This document shows positions 20,356 through 30,313 of a stretch of DNA of 64,000 nucleotides, piece by piece. The DNA is taken from NCBI GenBank assembly GCA_016196125.1, contig JACPYG010000004.1:138-64137 (forward strand), read 5' to 3'. Position numbers and translations under genes: made by a program. Numbering within the stretch: the stretch's first letter is position 1; the number at the start of each line of letters is the position of its first letter. Origin of the DNA: Candidatus Staskawiczbacteria bacterium. Lineage in GTDB: Bacteria; Patescibacteriota; Minisyncoccia; Minisyncoccales; Staskawiczbacteraceae. The notes beneath the pieces were generated by a model. It was not told where the DNA came from. It was given only the letters and a program-made list of their open reading frames with translations, and ran no database searches.

Positions 20356-20664
20356 CCCTTCACCCTCCCCTCAATCTGTTTATCAAAGCAACATGAGCAT
20401 TGCCACCTTTCAGTTGCCTTTCTCTTTTTTGAGCAATTTTTCTATCTTTGTAAGATTCATAATAAATTAATTCCAATGGTCTTCTATAAAAAGTGGCTCT
20501 AACATTACCTAAAACATGTTCTTTAAATCTATTTTTTAAATCTTTTGTAAAACCAATATAATGTCTTTTATCCTTTTTACTTTGTAAAACGTAAACATAG
20601 AACATGTTTTAATGGTTGATTATATAAAAATTGTTCAAAAAAATTTATACCTTAGGGTGAAGGG
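20356..20664. mobile_element. 309-bp TIR element carrying a GIY-YIG nuclease gene
   Basis: Perfect 11-bp TIR CCCTTCACCCT / AGGGTGAAGGG; TCAA direct repeats at 20352-20355 and 20665-20668; the ORF stop codon lies inside the TIR. Confidence 0.65.
20360..20605 (-). CDS. Small GIY-YIG nuclease family protein
   Basis: FYVYVL…HYIGFT…RFKEH…AQKRERQLK. Confidence 0.93.
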   Translation of the reverse strand: MFYVYVLQSKKDKRHYIGFTKDLKNRFKEHVLGNVRATFYRRPLELIYYESYKDRKIAQKRERQLKGGNAHVALINRLRGG

Positions 20665-20671
20665 TCAAGAC

Positions 20672-21913
20672 CTATTTAGGCCTGTAAAATCTTCTTGTGT
20701 GTCCTTGAAAATGATGTTTTTCCCTGCTGTCTTGCTGTATAGATTGAATTGGCCGTGGAGCCGGGAGTTCGGGCAATTGTGAAATCTTCAACATAGATTG
20801 TATTAATCTTTCTATTTCCATAATTTTATTTCTCTGTTCTATCATCACAAAAGAAATGGCGCGACCAGCCATGCCGGCCCTGCCTGTGCGCCCTATTCTG
20901 TGCACATAATCGCCAGCTGATTCCGGAAGGTCGTAATTAATAACCAACTCAATGCCCTTTACATCAATGCCGCGGGAAGCGATGTCGGTTGCAACAAGAA
21001 CCCTGTATTTTCCTAACTTAAAACCGTCTAAGGCTTCCCTCCTCTGGGCAAGCGATCTGTTGGAATGTATTTCGGCAGTGGCTATTCCCATATTTCTAAC
21101 GTCCCTGCATATTTTTTTTGCCCCGAATTTAGTGCGACAAAAAACCAAAACACTTCCTTTATATTCTAAAAGCAATTTATCCAAAAGCCTGTTTTTTTGG
21201 TCTTTTTTCACAATAAAAAGCTCGTGTTCAACTTTTTTTGCCGCAGTCCCCTGGCGGTCTATTTCTACTCTCACTGGAAGTTTCATATGGCTGGTGGCAA
21301 TTTTAACAATGTTTTCGGGCATTGTTGCCGAAAACAGCATAGTTTGCCTGTCTTTTGATGTGGCTTGCAATATCTGTTTTATTTGCGCAGCAAAACCCAT
21401 ATCAAACATGCAATCGGCTTCATCTAAAACCAAAACCGTAACATCGTGAAAACTTAATGTTTTTTGCTGTAAGTGGTCAATAATTCTTCCGGGAGTGCCG
21501 ATTATAATATGGGGCTTATTTCTAATAGCCTGCAACTGTTGGCTCATTGAACTTCCGCCAATCAGCACAGCCGTTTTCAAGCCAAAAGGACGCCCTATTT
21601 TTTGCAGCATTTCGTTGCTTTGCAGAGCCAACTCGCGAGTTGGCAAAATGATCAATCCCTTTCCCCTATTTGCCTGTAAAATGCGCTGAATCATTGGAAT
21701 GCCAAGCGCCAAGGTCTTGCCAGTTCCTGTTTGGGCAATGCCTACAATATCTTTTCCTTGTATAGCCACAGGAATTGCTTTTCGCTGAATAGGAGTTGGA
21801 GTTTTAAAATTTAATTGGTCTAAAACAGCAAGCATTTTGGGAGCTATGCCAAGACCGCCAAAACCATGTTCCGGATTATCGCTTAGAGAGTGCTCTGTTT
21901 TCGTATTTATCAT
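20672..21913 (-). CDS. DEAD-box RNA helicase
   Basis: Q motif, AQTGTGKT, PTRELA, DEAD, SAT, HRIGRTGRAG. Confidence 0.97.
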   Translation of the reverse strand: MINTKTEHSLSDNPEHGFGGLGIAPKMLAVLDQLNFKTPTPIQRKAIPVAIQGKDIVGIAQTGTGKTLALGIPMIQRILQANRGKGLIILPTRELALQSNEMLQKIGRPFGLKTAVLIGGSSMSQQLQAIRNKPHIIIGTPGRIIDHLQQKTLSFHDVTVLVLDEADCMFDMGFAAQIKQILQATSKDRQTMLFSATMPENIVKIATSHMKLPVRVEIDRQGTAAKKVEHELFIVKKDQKNRLLDKLLLEYKGSVLVFCRTKFGAKKICRDVRNMGIATAEIHSNRSLAQRREALDGFKLGKYRVLVATDIASRGIDVKGIELVINYDLPESAGDYVHRIGRTGRAGMAGRAISFVMIEQRNKIMEIERLIQSMLKISQLPELPAPRPIQSIQQDSREKHHFQGHTRRFYRPK

Positions 21914-21991
21914 ATACCTTGATTATACACCCGTTGGCAGTGTTTGTCAAGTTGAATAGGGCGAAAATAAGGATATTTTCTCTTAAATAAT

Positions 21992-22246
21992 TTAGAAGCC
22001 AAGTCTGGAGTTCATTAAACTTTTTGCCAAAGTTTTCTGTATATTTTCCCTCGCCTCATTTAGCGCCTCTTTTAAGGCATCTTGCTGATTTTCTAAACTT
22101 AACTCTGTGTTTAACTTTATATTTTCAACTTCAAAGTTGCCATTCATCGTAACTGCCACTCCCCTTTTTTCAACAGTCAAGCGCTCCTTTTTGAAGTCTT
22201 CTTGAATCTTCTTTAACTTATGTAAATTTCTAAGATTGTCGAACAT
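21992..22246 (-). CDS. YbaB/EbfC family nucleoid-associated protein
   Basis: 84 aa; GVAVTMNG…ALNEA pattern. Confidence 0.8.
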   Translation of the reverse strand: MFDNLRNLHKLKKIQEDFKKERLTVEKRGVAVTMNGNFEVENIKLNTELSLENQQDALKEALNEARENIQKTLAKSLMNSRLGF

Positions 22247-22249
22247 AAT

Positions 22250-22957
22250 TTATTTTTTCTTATTGTTTAATCTATTTATTTCTTCTTGAATTTCTTTTAT
22301 AACTTCCTTATTACCAATTTCTCCATCTAAGCTAAAGATTATAAATACTTTTCCTTTATATTTTTTCTCAAAATCAATAAAATTTTTCTTCATCCTTTCT
22401 GATATAGAATAATTACCGAAATTTGCTTTAGCTGTAATTGGTTTAATTTGTATACCAAAAGCATACTTACCGACAAATCCTAAGTAATCTATATCGCCAG
22501 CATGGTCTAAATCGGTTTCACTTTCAACAAAATTTACGTCTGGAAAATATTTTGACAATTCATCATTTACTACTGATTTTTCACGAATAAAACCATCGTA
22601 AGTACGATTTATTGTTAAATTATAAATATAATCTATACAGTCCTGTAGTGATAATTCGCTAAATGCTGATTGCCATTCGGGAATCACAACTTCTGTAATT
22701 TTTTCATGCAAACGTTCGCCCAATTCTTTCAAAACGTCTGTGGTTATTTTTACTGGTTCTTTATTTTCAGTATAAGCCTTTTCGAAGTACCATTTTTCCC
22801 ATTCATCTATTATTTTAGGTTGACATTCTCTTATAAGCGCCATAACCGCGCCAACTTTATTTGGTCGCGATAATTGGTAAGTCTGGCAGGCATAATTTAA
22901 AACTTTTTCTTTTTTACCAAATTCCATAGAAAACTTTTTAGAAGTTTTATTTGACAT
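22250..22957 (-). CDS. Type II restriction endonuclease (MjaI-family-like)
   Basis: VGAVMALIREC, WEKWYF, RTYDG, DIDY…GIQIKP (PD-(D/E)xK-like); overlaps the MTase stop. Confidence 0.8.
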   Translation of the reverse strand: MSNKTSKKFSMEFGKKEKVLNYACQTYQLSRPNKVGAVMALIRECQPKIIDEWEKWYFEKAYTENKEPVKITTDVLKELGERLHEKITEVVIPEWQSAFSELSLQDCIDYIYNLTINRTYDGFIREKSVVNDELSKYFPDVNFVESETDLDHAGDIDYLGFVGKYAFGIQIKPITAKANFGNYSISERMKKNFIDFEKKYKGKVFIIFSLDGEIGNKEVIKEIQEEINRLNNKKK

Positions 22958-24236
22958 AATTATATTTTAGTAAACTATTAAATTTATTCTTATACTTGTA
23001 TTCCATTTCTGTATTAGGCAAAGCAAATCCATCTTTAATCATATGTGCGTTAATAAAAGTTTTATTTTGTAAATAAAGATAACATAACAAATTATTATAT
23101 TTATCGTATTTTAAAGCATCAAATTTCATAAAAACCCTCTGTCCCTTAGTTTTATTAATTAAATACTCCACTGCTTCACCATTAATTTTTGGATTTTCTT
23201 TTATTCCGAGTAAACGAATTATTAAACCATTATTTAAGAGTATTTTTTCTGGGTCTAATATTTCTTTAACAGTATAAAATTCATCTTTTATATCATAGCT
23301 GTTTTTATCTATTTTTGATCCAAATTGTAATTTTTTGAGATCTATCTTTTTATCTAATTTGTGGGGGTCTTTAAATATGTAAGGTAATTGATTTATTCTT
23401 TCATCAAAGTTAATATTTTTTGGCGCGTCGACAAATTCTAATGAATCGTTCTTAGAATTAATAACACCTATTTTATTTTTTATAATTGTTAGGAATTCTT
23501 GGTTAATTTCGTATCCAACTGAGTTTCTGCTAAGATTTTTTGAAACCAAAGAAGTTGTTCCACTCCCCAAGAATGGATCCAATACTGTATCGCCAACAAA
23601 TGAAAACATTTTTATTAGTCTTCTTGGTAATTCTTCTGGAAATACTGCTATATGCCCATCCTGTCTCGCCCCTCCAAAATTCCAATGACCTTGAAAATAT
23701 TGATTCCACTCCTCTTTAGTTAGTTTAGATTCTTCTTTTATTATTCTATCAACTTTTGGTCCATCGCTTTGTTTTTTAAATATTAGAATAAATTCATAAT
23801 CTAATTTTATAATTCCATTTCTTGGATAAGGGAAACTACCCATTATTGTAGCTCCTCCGGTAGTATTCATAGTAGTAGTTTTTTGCCAAATGATTGAACC
23901 CATATAATCAAATCCTATTGTTTCGCAGAACTTAATTATCTCTGTTCTTATTGGAATAACCTTATAGCGACCATAATAAACAGCACGAGCAAATTGATCG
24001 CCAATATTTATGCAAAGACGACAACCATTTTCTAAAACTCGATGACATTCATTCCAAACTAAGTTTAAATAGTTAATATATTTTTCGTAACTATCATTAA
24101 AACCAATCTGATTATCTGAGCCATAATCTTTTAGTTGCCAATATGGAGGTGATGTAATAATAAGTTGAATAGAGTTATCTTTTAACTCTTTCATATCCCT
24201 TGAGTCACTTATTATAATTTTATGATTGGTTTTCAT
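22947..24236 (-). CDS. DNA N4-C/N6-A methyltransferase (beta class) with a C-terminal SNase-like domain
   Basis: TSPPY precedes VLDPFLGSGTT; tail IRLLGI…DKYNNLLCYLY…INAHMIKDGFA. Confidence 0.9.
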   Translation of the reverse strand: MKTNHKIIISDSRDMKELKDNSIQLIITSPPYWQLKDYGSDNQIGFNDSYEKYINYLNLVWNECHRVLENGCRLCINIGDQFARAVYYGRYKVIPIRTEIIKFCETIGFDYMGSIIWQKTTTMNTTGGATIMGSFPYPRNGIIKLDYEFILIFKKQSDGPKVDRIIKEESKLTKEEWNQYFQGHWNFGGARQDGHIAVFPEELPRRLIKMFSFVGDTVLDPFLGSGTTSLVSKNLSRNSVGYEINQEFLTIIKNKIGVINSKNDSLEFVDAPKNINFDERINQLPYIFKDPHKLDKKIDLKKLQFGSKIDKNSYDIKDEFYTVKEILDPEKILLNNGLIIRLLGIKENPKINGEAVEYLINKTKGQRVFMKFDALKYDKYNNLLCYLYLQNKTFINAHMIKDGFALPNTEMEYKYKNKFNSLLKYNYVK

Positions 24237-24353
24237 TTCTTTTTTTCTTATATAATTTTACCTTTTACTAATAGAAAATTCAATGCAATACTCGAATTAA
24301 AAAAACAAGGACAAATGCCTTGTTTTTAGATCATAAAATTTTGTTTTATAAAA

Positions 24354-26477
24354 TTAAATATCCAAATTCTTCACGCTCTTTGCGTGCGTCTGGATGAACT
24401 TCTTTCTTGGACCTACTTCCTCGCCCATTAGAATATCAAATATTTTATCGGCTTCTCTGGCTTCCTCAACTTTCACCTGCAATAACAATCTGTTTTCCGG
24501 ATTCATTGTTGTTTCCCAAAGCTGTTCGGCATTCATTTCTCCCAAACCCTTATACCTTTGAATTGATATATTTTTATCTTTACCAATTTCTTTTACAAGT
24601 TTGTCTTTTTGCTCGTCATTGTAAGCATAACTTATGCTTTTTCCTGATTGAATTTTGTAAAGCGGCGGCTGGGCTATGTAAATATAACCCGCCTCAACTA
24701 TTGATTTAAAGTATCTGTAAAACAATGTCAAAAGCAAAGTTCTAATATGAGCTCCGTCAACATCGGCATCGGTCATGATTACTATGCGGTGATATCTTAA
24801 TTTTTCTATGTCAAAATCTTCGGCTACTGCGGTACCCAAGGCAATAATCAAAGATTTAATTTCTTTTGAAGCCAGCATTTTGTCTAATCTGGCTCTTTCC
24901 ACATTTAATATTTTACCCCTTAAAGGCAATATTGCCTGAAATCCCCTGTCTCTGGCTTGCTTGGCCGAACCTCCGGCCGAATCTCCCTCAACTATGTAAA
25001 GTTCTGAATCTTCCGGCTTTTTTGACAAGCAATCAGCCAATTTTCCCGGCAAAGCCAAACCCTCTAAAATTCCCTTTCTCAAAACTGTCTGGCGGGCCGC
25101 TTTGGCCGCCAATCTTGCTTTTGTGGCCAAAAGGCAGTTTTCAACAACAGCTCTGGCATCTTGGGGATATCTTTCTAAATAATCGGCCAATCCTTCCGAA
25201 ACTGCCGTTTCTACAGCGTTTTTAGCTTCTGGATTGCCTAATTTTGCTTTTGTTTGGCCTTCAAACTGCGGAGTTCTTATTTTTACAGAAACAACGGCCG
25301 TTAAGCCTTCTCTTACGTCGTCACCGGTAAAATTTTCATCTTTTTCTTTTAAAAATCCTTCCCGCCTTGCATAGTCATTTAAGCATCTTGTTAATGCAGT
25401 GCGAAAACCGGAAATATGAGTTCCGCCGTCAATGGTGTAAATGTTATTGGCAAAAGATTCTTCGGCGCATTCCATTTCTTGGGTATATTGGAAAGCGGCC
25501 TCTACATAAACATCATTTTTTGACACAGCAACCGAAAACACGTTTGGGTGGCGCGGCGTATTGCTTTGGACCAAGTATTTCACATAAGAAGAAACTCCTC
25601 CTTCAAAATAAAAAGTGTAGCTTGATTCTTTGCCTTTTATTCTTTCATCAGCCAAAGAAATTTTTACCCCTTTTGTTAAATATGCCTGCTGGCGCAAATG
25701 GTTCATAATTCTTTTTGCGTCGTATTTTATTTCTGGAAAAATTTGCGGGTCTGCGTCAAAGGCAACAGAAGTTCCTGTTTTTTTGCTGTCGCCTGCTTTT
25801 TTAACCGGCGACTTGGGTATTCCCCTGAAATATTCTTGAACATATTTTCCGCCGTCTCTTTGAACCTCGGCTTCCATAAAGGTAGACAAAGCGCAAACAA
25901 CCGAAACTCCAACGCCGTGCAATCCGCCCGAAACTTTATAGGCATCTCCGCCAAACTTGCCTCCTGCGTGCAGGGTTGTCATAACCGTTTCTAAAGCCGA
26001 CTTTTTTGTATCTGCGTGTTTTTCTACCGGAATGCCTCTGCCGTCGTCGGAAATTTTTACTCTGTTGTTTGGCAACAAAACAACCTCAATGCTTTTGGCA
26101 TATCCTGCCATTGCTTCGTCGAGTGAATTATCTACCACTTCCCAAATTAAGTGATGAAGCCCGTCTATGCCAGTTGAACCAATATACATTCCCGGCCTTT
26201 TTCTTACGGGTTCCAAACCCTTTAAAACATAAATGTCTTTAGCGGTGTATTCATCGTCTTTTTTGATTTTCTTTGGTTCCGGAGGCGCATATGCGACTGT
26301 TGATTCTTGCTTAACCTCGGCCTTTTCCGCCTTGGGTGGAATCCCGCCAGAGGCGGCGGTCTTTTCCCATGGCTTTGCCTTTGGGCTTTTATCCTTATCT
26401 TTTTTTATTTTCTTTCCTCGCCCTTCCGAAGCCTTGGCGAATGAGGGTTCTTCTGCGTCTTTTATATTTATTTTCAT
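24354..26477 (-). CDS. gyrB: DNA gyrase subunit B with an N-terminal extension containing palindromic inserts
   Basis: VRKRPGMYIG, EVVDNS, GGLHGVG, EGDSAGG, MTDADVDG, QRYKGLGEM. Confidence 0.98.
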   Translation of the reverse strand: MKINIKDAEEPSFAKASEGRGKKIKKDKDKSPKAKPWEKTAASGGIPPKAEKAEVKQESTVAYAPPEPKKIKKDDEYTAKDIYVLKGLEPVRKRPGMYIGSTGIDGLHHLIWEVVDNSLDEAMAGYAKSIEVVLLPNNRVKISDDGRGIPVEKHADTKKSALETVMTTLHAGGKFGGDAYKVSGGLHGVGVSVVCALSTFMEAEVQRDGGKYVQEYFRGIPKSPVKKAGDSKKTGTSVAFDADPQIFPEIKYDAKRIMNHLRQQAYLTKGVKISLADERIKGKESSYTFYFEGGVSSYVKYLVQSNTPRHPNVFSVAVSKNDVYVEAAFQYTQEMECAEESFANNIYTIDGGTHISGFRTALTRCLNDYARREGFLKEKDENFTGDDVREGLTAVVSVKIRTPQFEGQTKAKLGNPEAKNAVETAVSEGLADYLERYPQDARAVVENCLLATKARLAAKAARQTVLRKGILEGLALPGKLADCLSKKPEDSELYIVEGDSAGGSAKQARDRGFQAILPLRGKILNVERARLDKMLASKEIKSLIIALGTAVAEDFDIEKLRYHRIVIMTDADVDGAHIRTLLLTLFYRYFKSIVEAGYIYIAQPPLYKIQSGKSISYAYNDEQKDKLVKEIGKDKNISIQRYKGLGEMNAEQLWETTMNPENRLLLQVKVEEAREADKIFDILMGEEVGPRKKFIQTHAKSVKNLDI
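26421..26447. repeat. REP-like palindrome in gyrB (PSFAKASEG)
   Basis: CCCTTCCGAAGCCTTGGCGAATGAGGG, same family as the thrS and gatB inserts. Confidence 0.7.
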
Positions 26478-26550
26478 TATTTTATTTTTAATTAACGAAT
26501 AATAATCCTGACAGCTTTGCTATCGAGGATCCGCGATAATTAATTCTTTT

Positions 26551-27690
26551 TTATCTTATTATTGCGTCAAGCTCCTGTTTAGTCTTATCTATAATTTTGT
26601 CATGAATTTTGTTAACTTCTTGGTCTGTTAAAGTTTTTTCTAACGACCTGTAAACTATGTGAAAAGTGTAAGATTTTTTATCTTTTCCGAATTTTTCTTC
26701 ATTTTCATAGCTATCCATAAGCTTTACCTCTTCAATTAAATTCTCATCCAAGTCGCGCACCAGCTCGTAATAATTATTCAAATTTATATTTTTATCAATA
26801 ATAAATGAAATATCTCTTGAAATTTCCGGATATTTACTGACTTCTTTATATTTGTTATTTATATTCTTCAGTTGGTTGGTTATTCTTGCGTCATTTGACC
26901 AAAAAATTCTAATATCCGGAATTTCCATTTTGGCAATGGCTAATCTTTCCAAACCAAATCCATAAGCCCAACCGTTGTAATATTCCAAACCGAAATTTTT
27001 CAGCACGCTTTTTTTGGGCATTCCTCCACCCAAAAGTTCCAGCCATTTTCCATTAAATTCTATTTCCACTTCTAGTGAAGGGTCGGTATACGGAAAAATA
27101 TCCTCATTAAACCTGAATTTTACATTTGGGCCGAAGATGCTTTTTACAATAAGCGACAAGGCATTTTTTAAGTCGTCTAAAACAAGGATTTTTTGGCTGT
27201 CTGGCACAAGATATAAACCCCCCATTTGATGAAATACATTCATATGGTGCCTGTCTATTTCATCTTTACGGTACACTTTTCCGTAGCAGAAAACTCCGAG
27301 TGATGCATTTTTATTTATTCTATCTTTTATTTCTGGTTCATTTAGATAATAGTGCCACATGACGGTATCATGAGTTCTCAAAACATTGTTGCTATCTACA
27401 TAATACGTATCCGATTCACTACGGGCGGGATGGTCTTTTGCAAAATCAAAAAGATCAAAAAGAATGTTAGTGGGTATTATTTCTGGTATTTGGATTACGT
27501 CAAAGTCTTTGAATTCTTCAATATTTATTACCGCATCAATTAAAGATTTTAAAGGGCTGCCATTTGTGCGTGACAAATCTGGTAGAGCCATTAATCTCTT
27601 AATTCTTTCTGATTTAACATCTGTTCTTTTGTTTAATTCTTTAATTAAATCGCTCTCTTTTGCGTCATTTATTATAATATTTTTGCGCAT
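26551..27690 (-). CDS. Single-chain (mitochondrial-type) phenylalanine--tRNA ligase: catalytic domain plus FDX-ACB domain
   Basis: HPARSESDTYY, LRTH, VYRKDEID..H..VFHQ, FPYTDPSLE, GFGLERLA, then SKYPEISRDISF…YRSLEKTLT. Confidence 0.9.
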   Translation of the reverse strand: MRKNIIINDAKESDLIKELNKRTDVKSERIKRLMALPDLSRTNGSPLKSLIDAVINIEEFKDFDVIQIPEIIPTNILFDLFDFAKDHPARSESDTYYVDSNNVLRTHDTVMWHYYLNEPEIKDRINKNASLGVFCYGKVYRKDEIDRHHMNVFHQMGGLYLVPDSQKILVLDDLKNALSLIVKSIFGPNVKFRFNEDIFPYTDPSLEVEIEFNGKWLELLGGGMPKKSVLKNFGLEYYNGWAYGFGLERLAIAKMEIPDIRIFWSNDARITNQLKNINNKYKEVSKYPEISRDISFIIDKNINLNNYYELVRDLDENLIEEVKLMDSYENEEKFGKDKKSYTFHIVYRSLEKTLTDQEVNKIHDKIIDKTKQELDAIIR

Positions 27691-27820
27691 ATATTTTGAC
27701 TTATTACCCCATTTTACCTCAAAAATATGATAAAAGCAACCTCTCAAAACACAACATTAAATTCGATTTATTGATTACCCCACTTCCAGCTCACTATTAT
27801 TTTGAATTAAAAAAAATCAA

Positions 27821-28600
27821 TCAAATTAAAAACCAACCATTTTCTTTCGCCTTGGCAGCTAAAGCATTGCTCCTGTCAACAACTACTTTTATTTTACAGT
27901 ATTCCAGCATGGCTAAATCATATATGCTATCTCCCGCTCCAAATAGCGGTTTTTTTTCGGGGTCTATAAATTTTTTAATACATTCCACTTTTCCTTCAAA
28001 CATTGATAATGGTTTTTCTAACTCGGCAGTAAATTTACCATCAATCATAGTATTTCGGACGCCTATAACTTTAGTCTTAATATCAAAACGTTTTATGACT
28101 TCCTTTACTAAAACCTCAATGGAAGCGGTAATAATCCAAACTTCAATGCCACTGTTTTTAAGCAGGTCAATAAGCCCAATAATATGCTCTCTTGGTTTAA
28201 TTCCTTTGGCAACTTCTCTGCCAAATAAATTGTATTTAGTTATGTCTTTGCCTTCAAAATCTATAACTTTACTGACGAGTAAGCTAATTTCATTGACGTT
28301 AAATCCGCTTAAAATTTTTGATATAAATTGGTAGGCTTCTTTAACTTGATTTTCTTTTAATAAATGATAATAGTTATCAAAAACGGCTTTGGAATACATT
28401 TCACTCCCCGCATCTTCAAAATTAACTTCCAGAAGATTTTTATCTCTGAATAAATTATTGCTTGCCATATAAGCTAAAGTTGCTTCAGTGATATCATTTG
28501 CGATGCAAGTATTATCAAAATCAAACACCGCAAAAGCAGGCAATGTTGATTGCTTAATGATGGTAATGATTTTTTGATAGAATAAATTTACATCTGTCAT
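27821..28600 (-). CDS. HAD-IB family hydrolase
   Basis: VFDFDNT, ITAS, GK, GAGDSIYD. Confidence 0.9.
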   Translation of the reverse strand: MTDVNLFYQKIITIIKQSTLPAFAVFDFDNTCIANDITEATLAYMASNNLFRDKNLLEVNFEDAGSEMYSKAVFDNYYHLLKENQVKEAYQFISKILSGFNVNEISLLVSKVIDFEGKDITKYNLFGREVAKGIKPREHIIGLIDLLKNSGIEVWIITASIEVLVKEVIKRFDIKTKVIGVRNTMIDGKFTAELEKPLSMFEGKVECIKKFIDPEKKPLFGAGDSIYDLAMLEYCKIKVVVDRSNALAAKAKENGWFLI

Positions 28601-28684
28601 TTCTTAATTATTACACGAATTAGAGAAGCAGAACAAGAATAAAAAAATAAGCCCAGGCTCAAAGAACCAAGGCTTTGTTGTTTT

Positions 28685-28813
28685 TCAGCTTTTTTTCACC
28701 TCTTGCATGATGTTCACGGTCAGGTTGAAAAAGTCAGCAACCCAGATTTCTTCTTCTGGGTAACCCACGCTCAACAACCTTTCCGAGAACTGACGAACAA
28801 GGTAGCCGAACAT
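28685..28813 (-). CDS. Possible small protein or gene fragment (42 aa)
   Basis: MFGYLVRQFSERLLSVGYPEEEIWVADFFNLTVNIMQEVKKS; G-rich SD-like leader; GC above the flanks; not in ORF track. Confidence 0.35.
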   Translation of the reverse strand: MFGYLVRQFSERLLSVGYPEEEIWVADFFNLTVNIMQEVKKS

Positions 28814-28886
28814 GAATAGCCCCTAATTATTGTTAAAATTTATTAAAAAGGTATAATAAACAAAAAATTATAAATAGACAATCCAT

Positions 28887-29855
28887 ATGAAAGAAGCAAT
28901 TAAAAATTTAAAAAACCAGTTAAAGTTTGAGCCAATAATTGAAAATAAAGAAGAATTGATTTTGACCAAAAATTTTGTTGTCTGTGGAATGGGCGGCTCG
29001 CACTTGGCCGCCGACTTGCTAAAAACATGGAATCCATCGCTTAATTTAACCGTGCACCACGATTATGGGCTTCCATCTTTGGCTGAATTGAATAATTACC
29101 TGATAATCATCAGTTCTTATTCCGGCGACACCGAAGAAGCAATCGACGGTTTTAATGAGTCAATTGCCAAAAACCTTCCCTTGGCTTGCGTTTCTACCGG
29201 AGGCAAATTATTGGAATTGGCAATTGAGCATAAAAAACCATATATAAAAATACCCGATACCGGCATTGAGCCGAGGTCTGCCGTCGGTTTTAGCATCACT
29301 TCCCTGCTGGCTCTTATGAGAGAAGAAAAGGCGCTATTAGAAATTAAAGAAACAGCTGATATTATAGATGTTAATAAAGCCGAAAAAGAAGGCAAACTGC
29401 TTGCTGAAAAGCTAAAAAACTATATACCTTTGATATACTCTTCCACCAAGAATAAGGCAATCGCCAACAACTGGAAAATAAGATTTAACGAAACCGGTAA
29501 AATACCTTCGTTTTATAATACTCTTCCCGAACTAAATCATAATGAAATGGTTGGTTTTGACGGGGGGAAAAAGACCAAAAAACTTTTAGAACATTTTTAT
29601 TTTATATTTTTGCAAGATGATACGGATAATCAAAGAATTTCACTTAGAATAGAAACTCTAAAGGAAATGCTTTCAAAGAGAGGTTTTTTGACGGAAACAT
29701 CATACCTCTCGGGCAATAGCATCTGGGAAAAAATATTTACATCTTTACTGATAGCCGACTGGACATCTTATTACACAGCGGAACAATATGGATTAGAAGC
29801 CCAGGAAACAAAAATTGTAAGCGAATTTAAAAGCATAATAAAAGAGGTTCGTTGA
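28887..29855 (+). CDS. Bifunctional phosphoglucose/phosphomannose isomerase (SIS domains)
   Basis: CGMGGS, SSYSGDTEE, STGG, FNETGK, PELNHNE. Confidence 0.9.
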   Translation: MKEAIKNLKNQLKFEPIIENKEELILTKNFVVCGMGGSHLAADLLKTWNPSLNLTVHHDYGLPSLAELNNYLIIISSYSGDTEEAIDGFNESIAKNLPLACVSTGGKLLELAIEHKKPYIKIPDTGIEPRSAVGFSITSLLALMREEKALLEIKETADIIDVNKAEKEGKLLAEKLKNYIPLIYSSTKNKAIANNWKIRFNETGKIPSFYNTLPELNHNEMVGFDGGKKTKKLLEHFYFIFLQDDTDNQRISLRIETLKEMLSKRGFLTETSYLSGNSIWEKIFTSLLIADWTSYYTAEQYGLEAQETKIVSEFKSIIKEVR

Positions 29856-30236
29856 TTATTTTATGCTTAACTTTTCTTTTACAAGAGAAACAATCTGGTT
29901 AATATTAACATCAGATTTAACGATATAATCTGTTCCGCTTACGGCTTCAATGGCTTGGCTAATATGTTCCGGGTCATCAAAACCAGTTAAAAACACCATT
30001 TTGGAATTAATGCCTTTTTCTTTTATTTTTTTAGCCATTTCTATGCCATTCATTTGCGGCAACTTGATATCTATAAGTATCAAGTCTGGCTTCTCTTTCC
30101 CCGCTAAAACTAAGCCATCTTCTGCATTTAAAGCATGGATTGTGGAAAATCCATTTGAATTAAAGCCTTGTTCAAGAATCCACAAAAAATTTTTATCATC
30201 TTCCACCAATAAAATTTTTTTGTTTATTTTATCCAT
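29856..30236 (-). CDS. Single-domain response regulator
   Basis: LLVEDD, LIDIKLPQMNG, FLT, IVK. Confidence 0.93.
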   Translation of the reverse strand: MDKINKKILLVEDDKNFLWILEQGFNSNGFSTIHALNAEDGLVLAGKEKPDLILIDIKLPQMNGIEMAKKIKEKGINSKMVFLTGFDDPEHISQAIEAVSGTDYIVKSDVNINQIVSLVKEKLSIK

Positions 30237-30313
30237 ATATTTTTTCCGCCTTCGCCGGTTGGCGAATGGCGGATTTTAATTTAAGATAAATACTCTTTTA
30301 GGAGTATTTATTT

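Noticed and set aside
4303..26477. Inteins in dnaE or gyrB
   Set aside because: Lengths are normal and there are no splice-junction motifs; the gyrB extension is explained by palindromic inserts and low-complexity sequence.
27696..28334. 212-aa plus-strand ORF
   Set aside because: It is antisense to the HAD hydrolase and has no recognisable motif.
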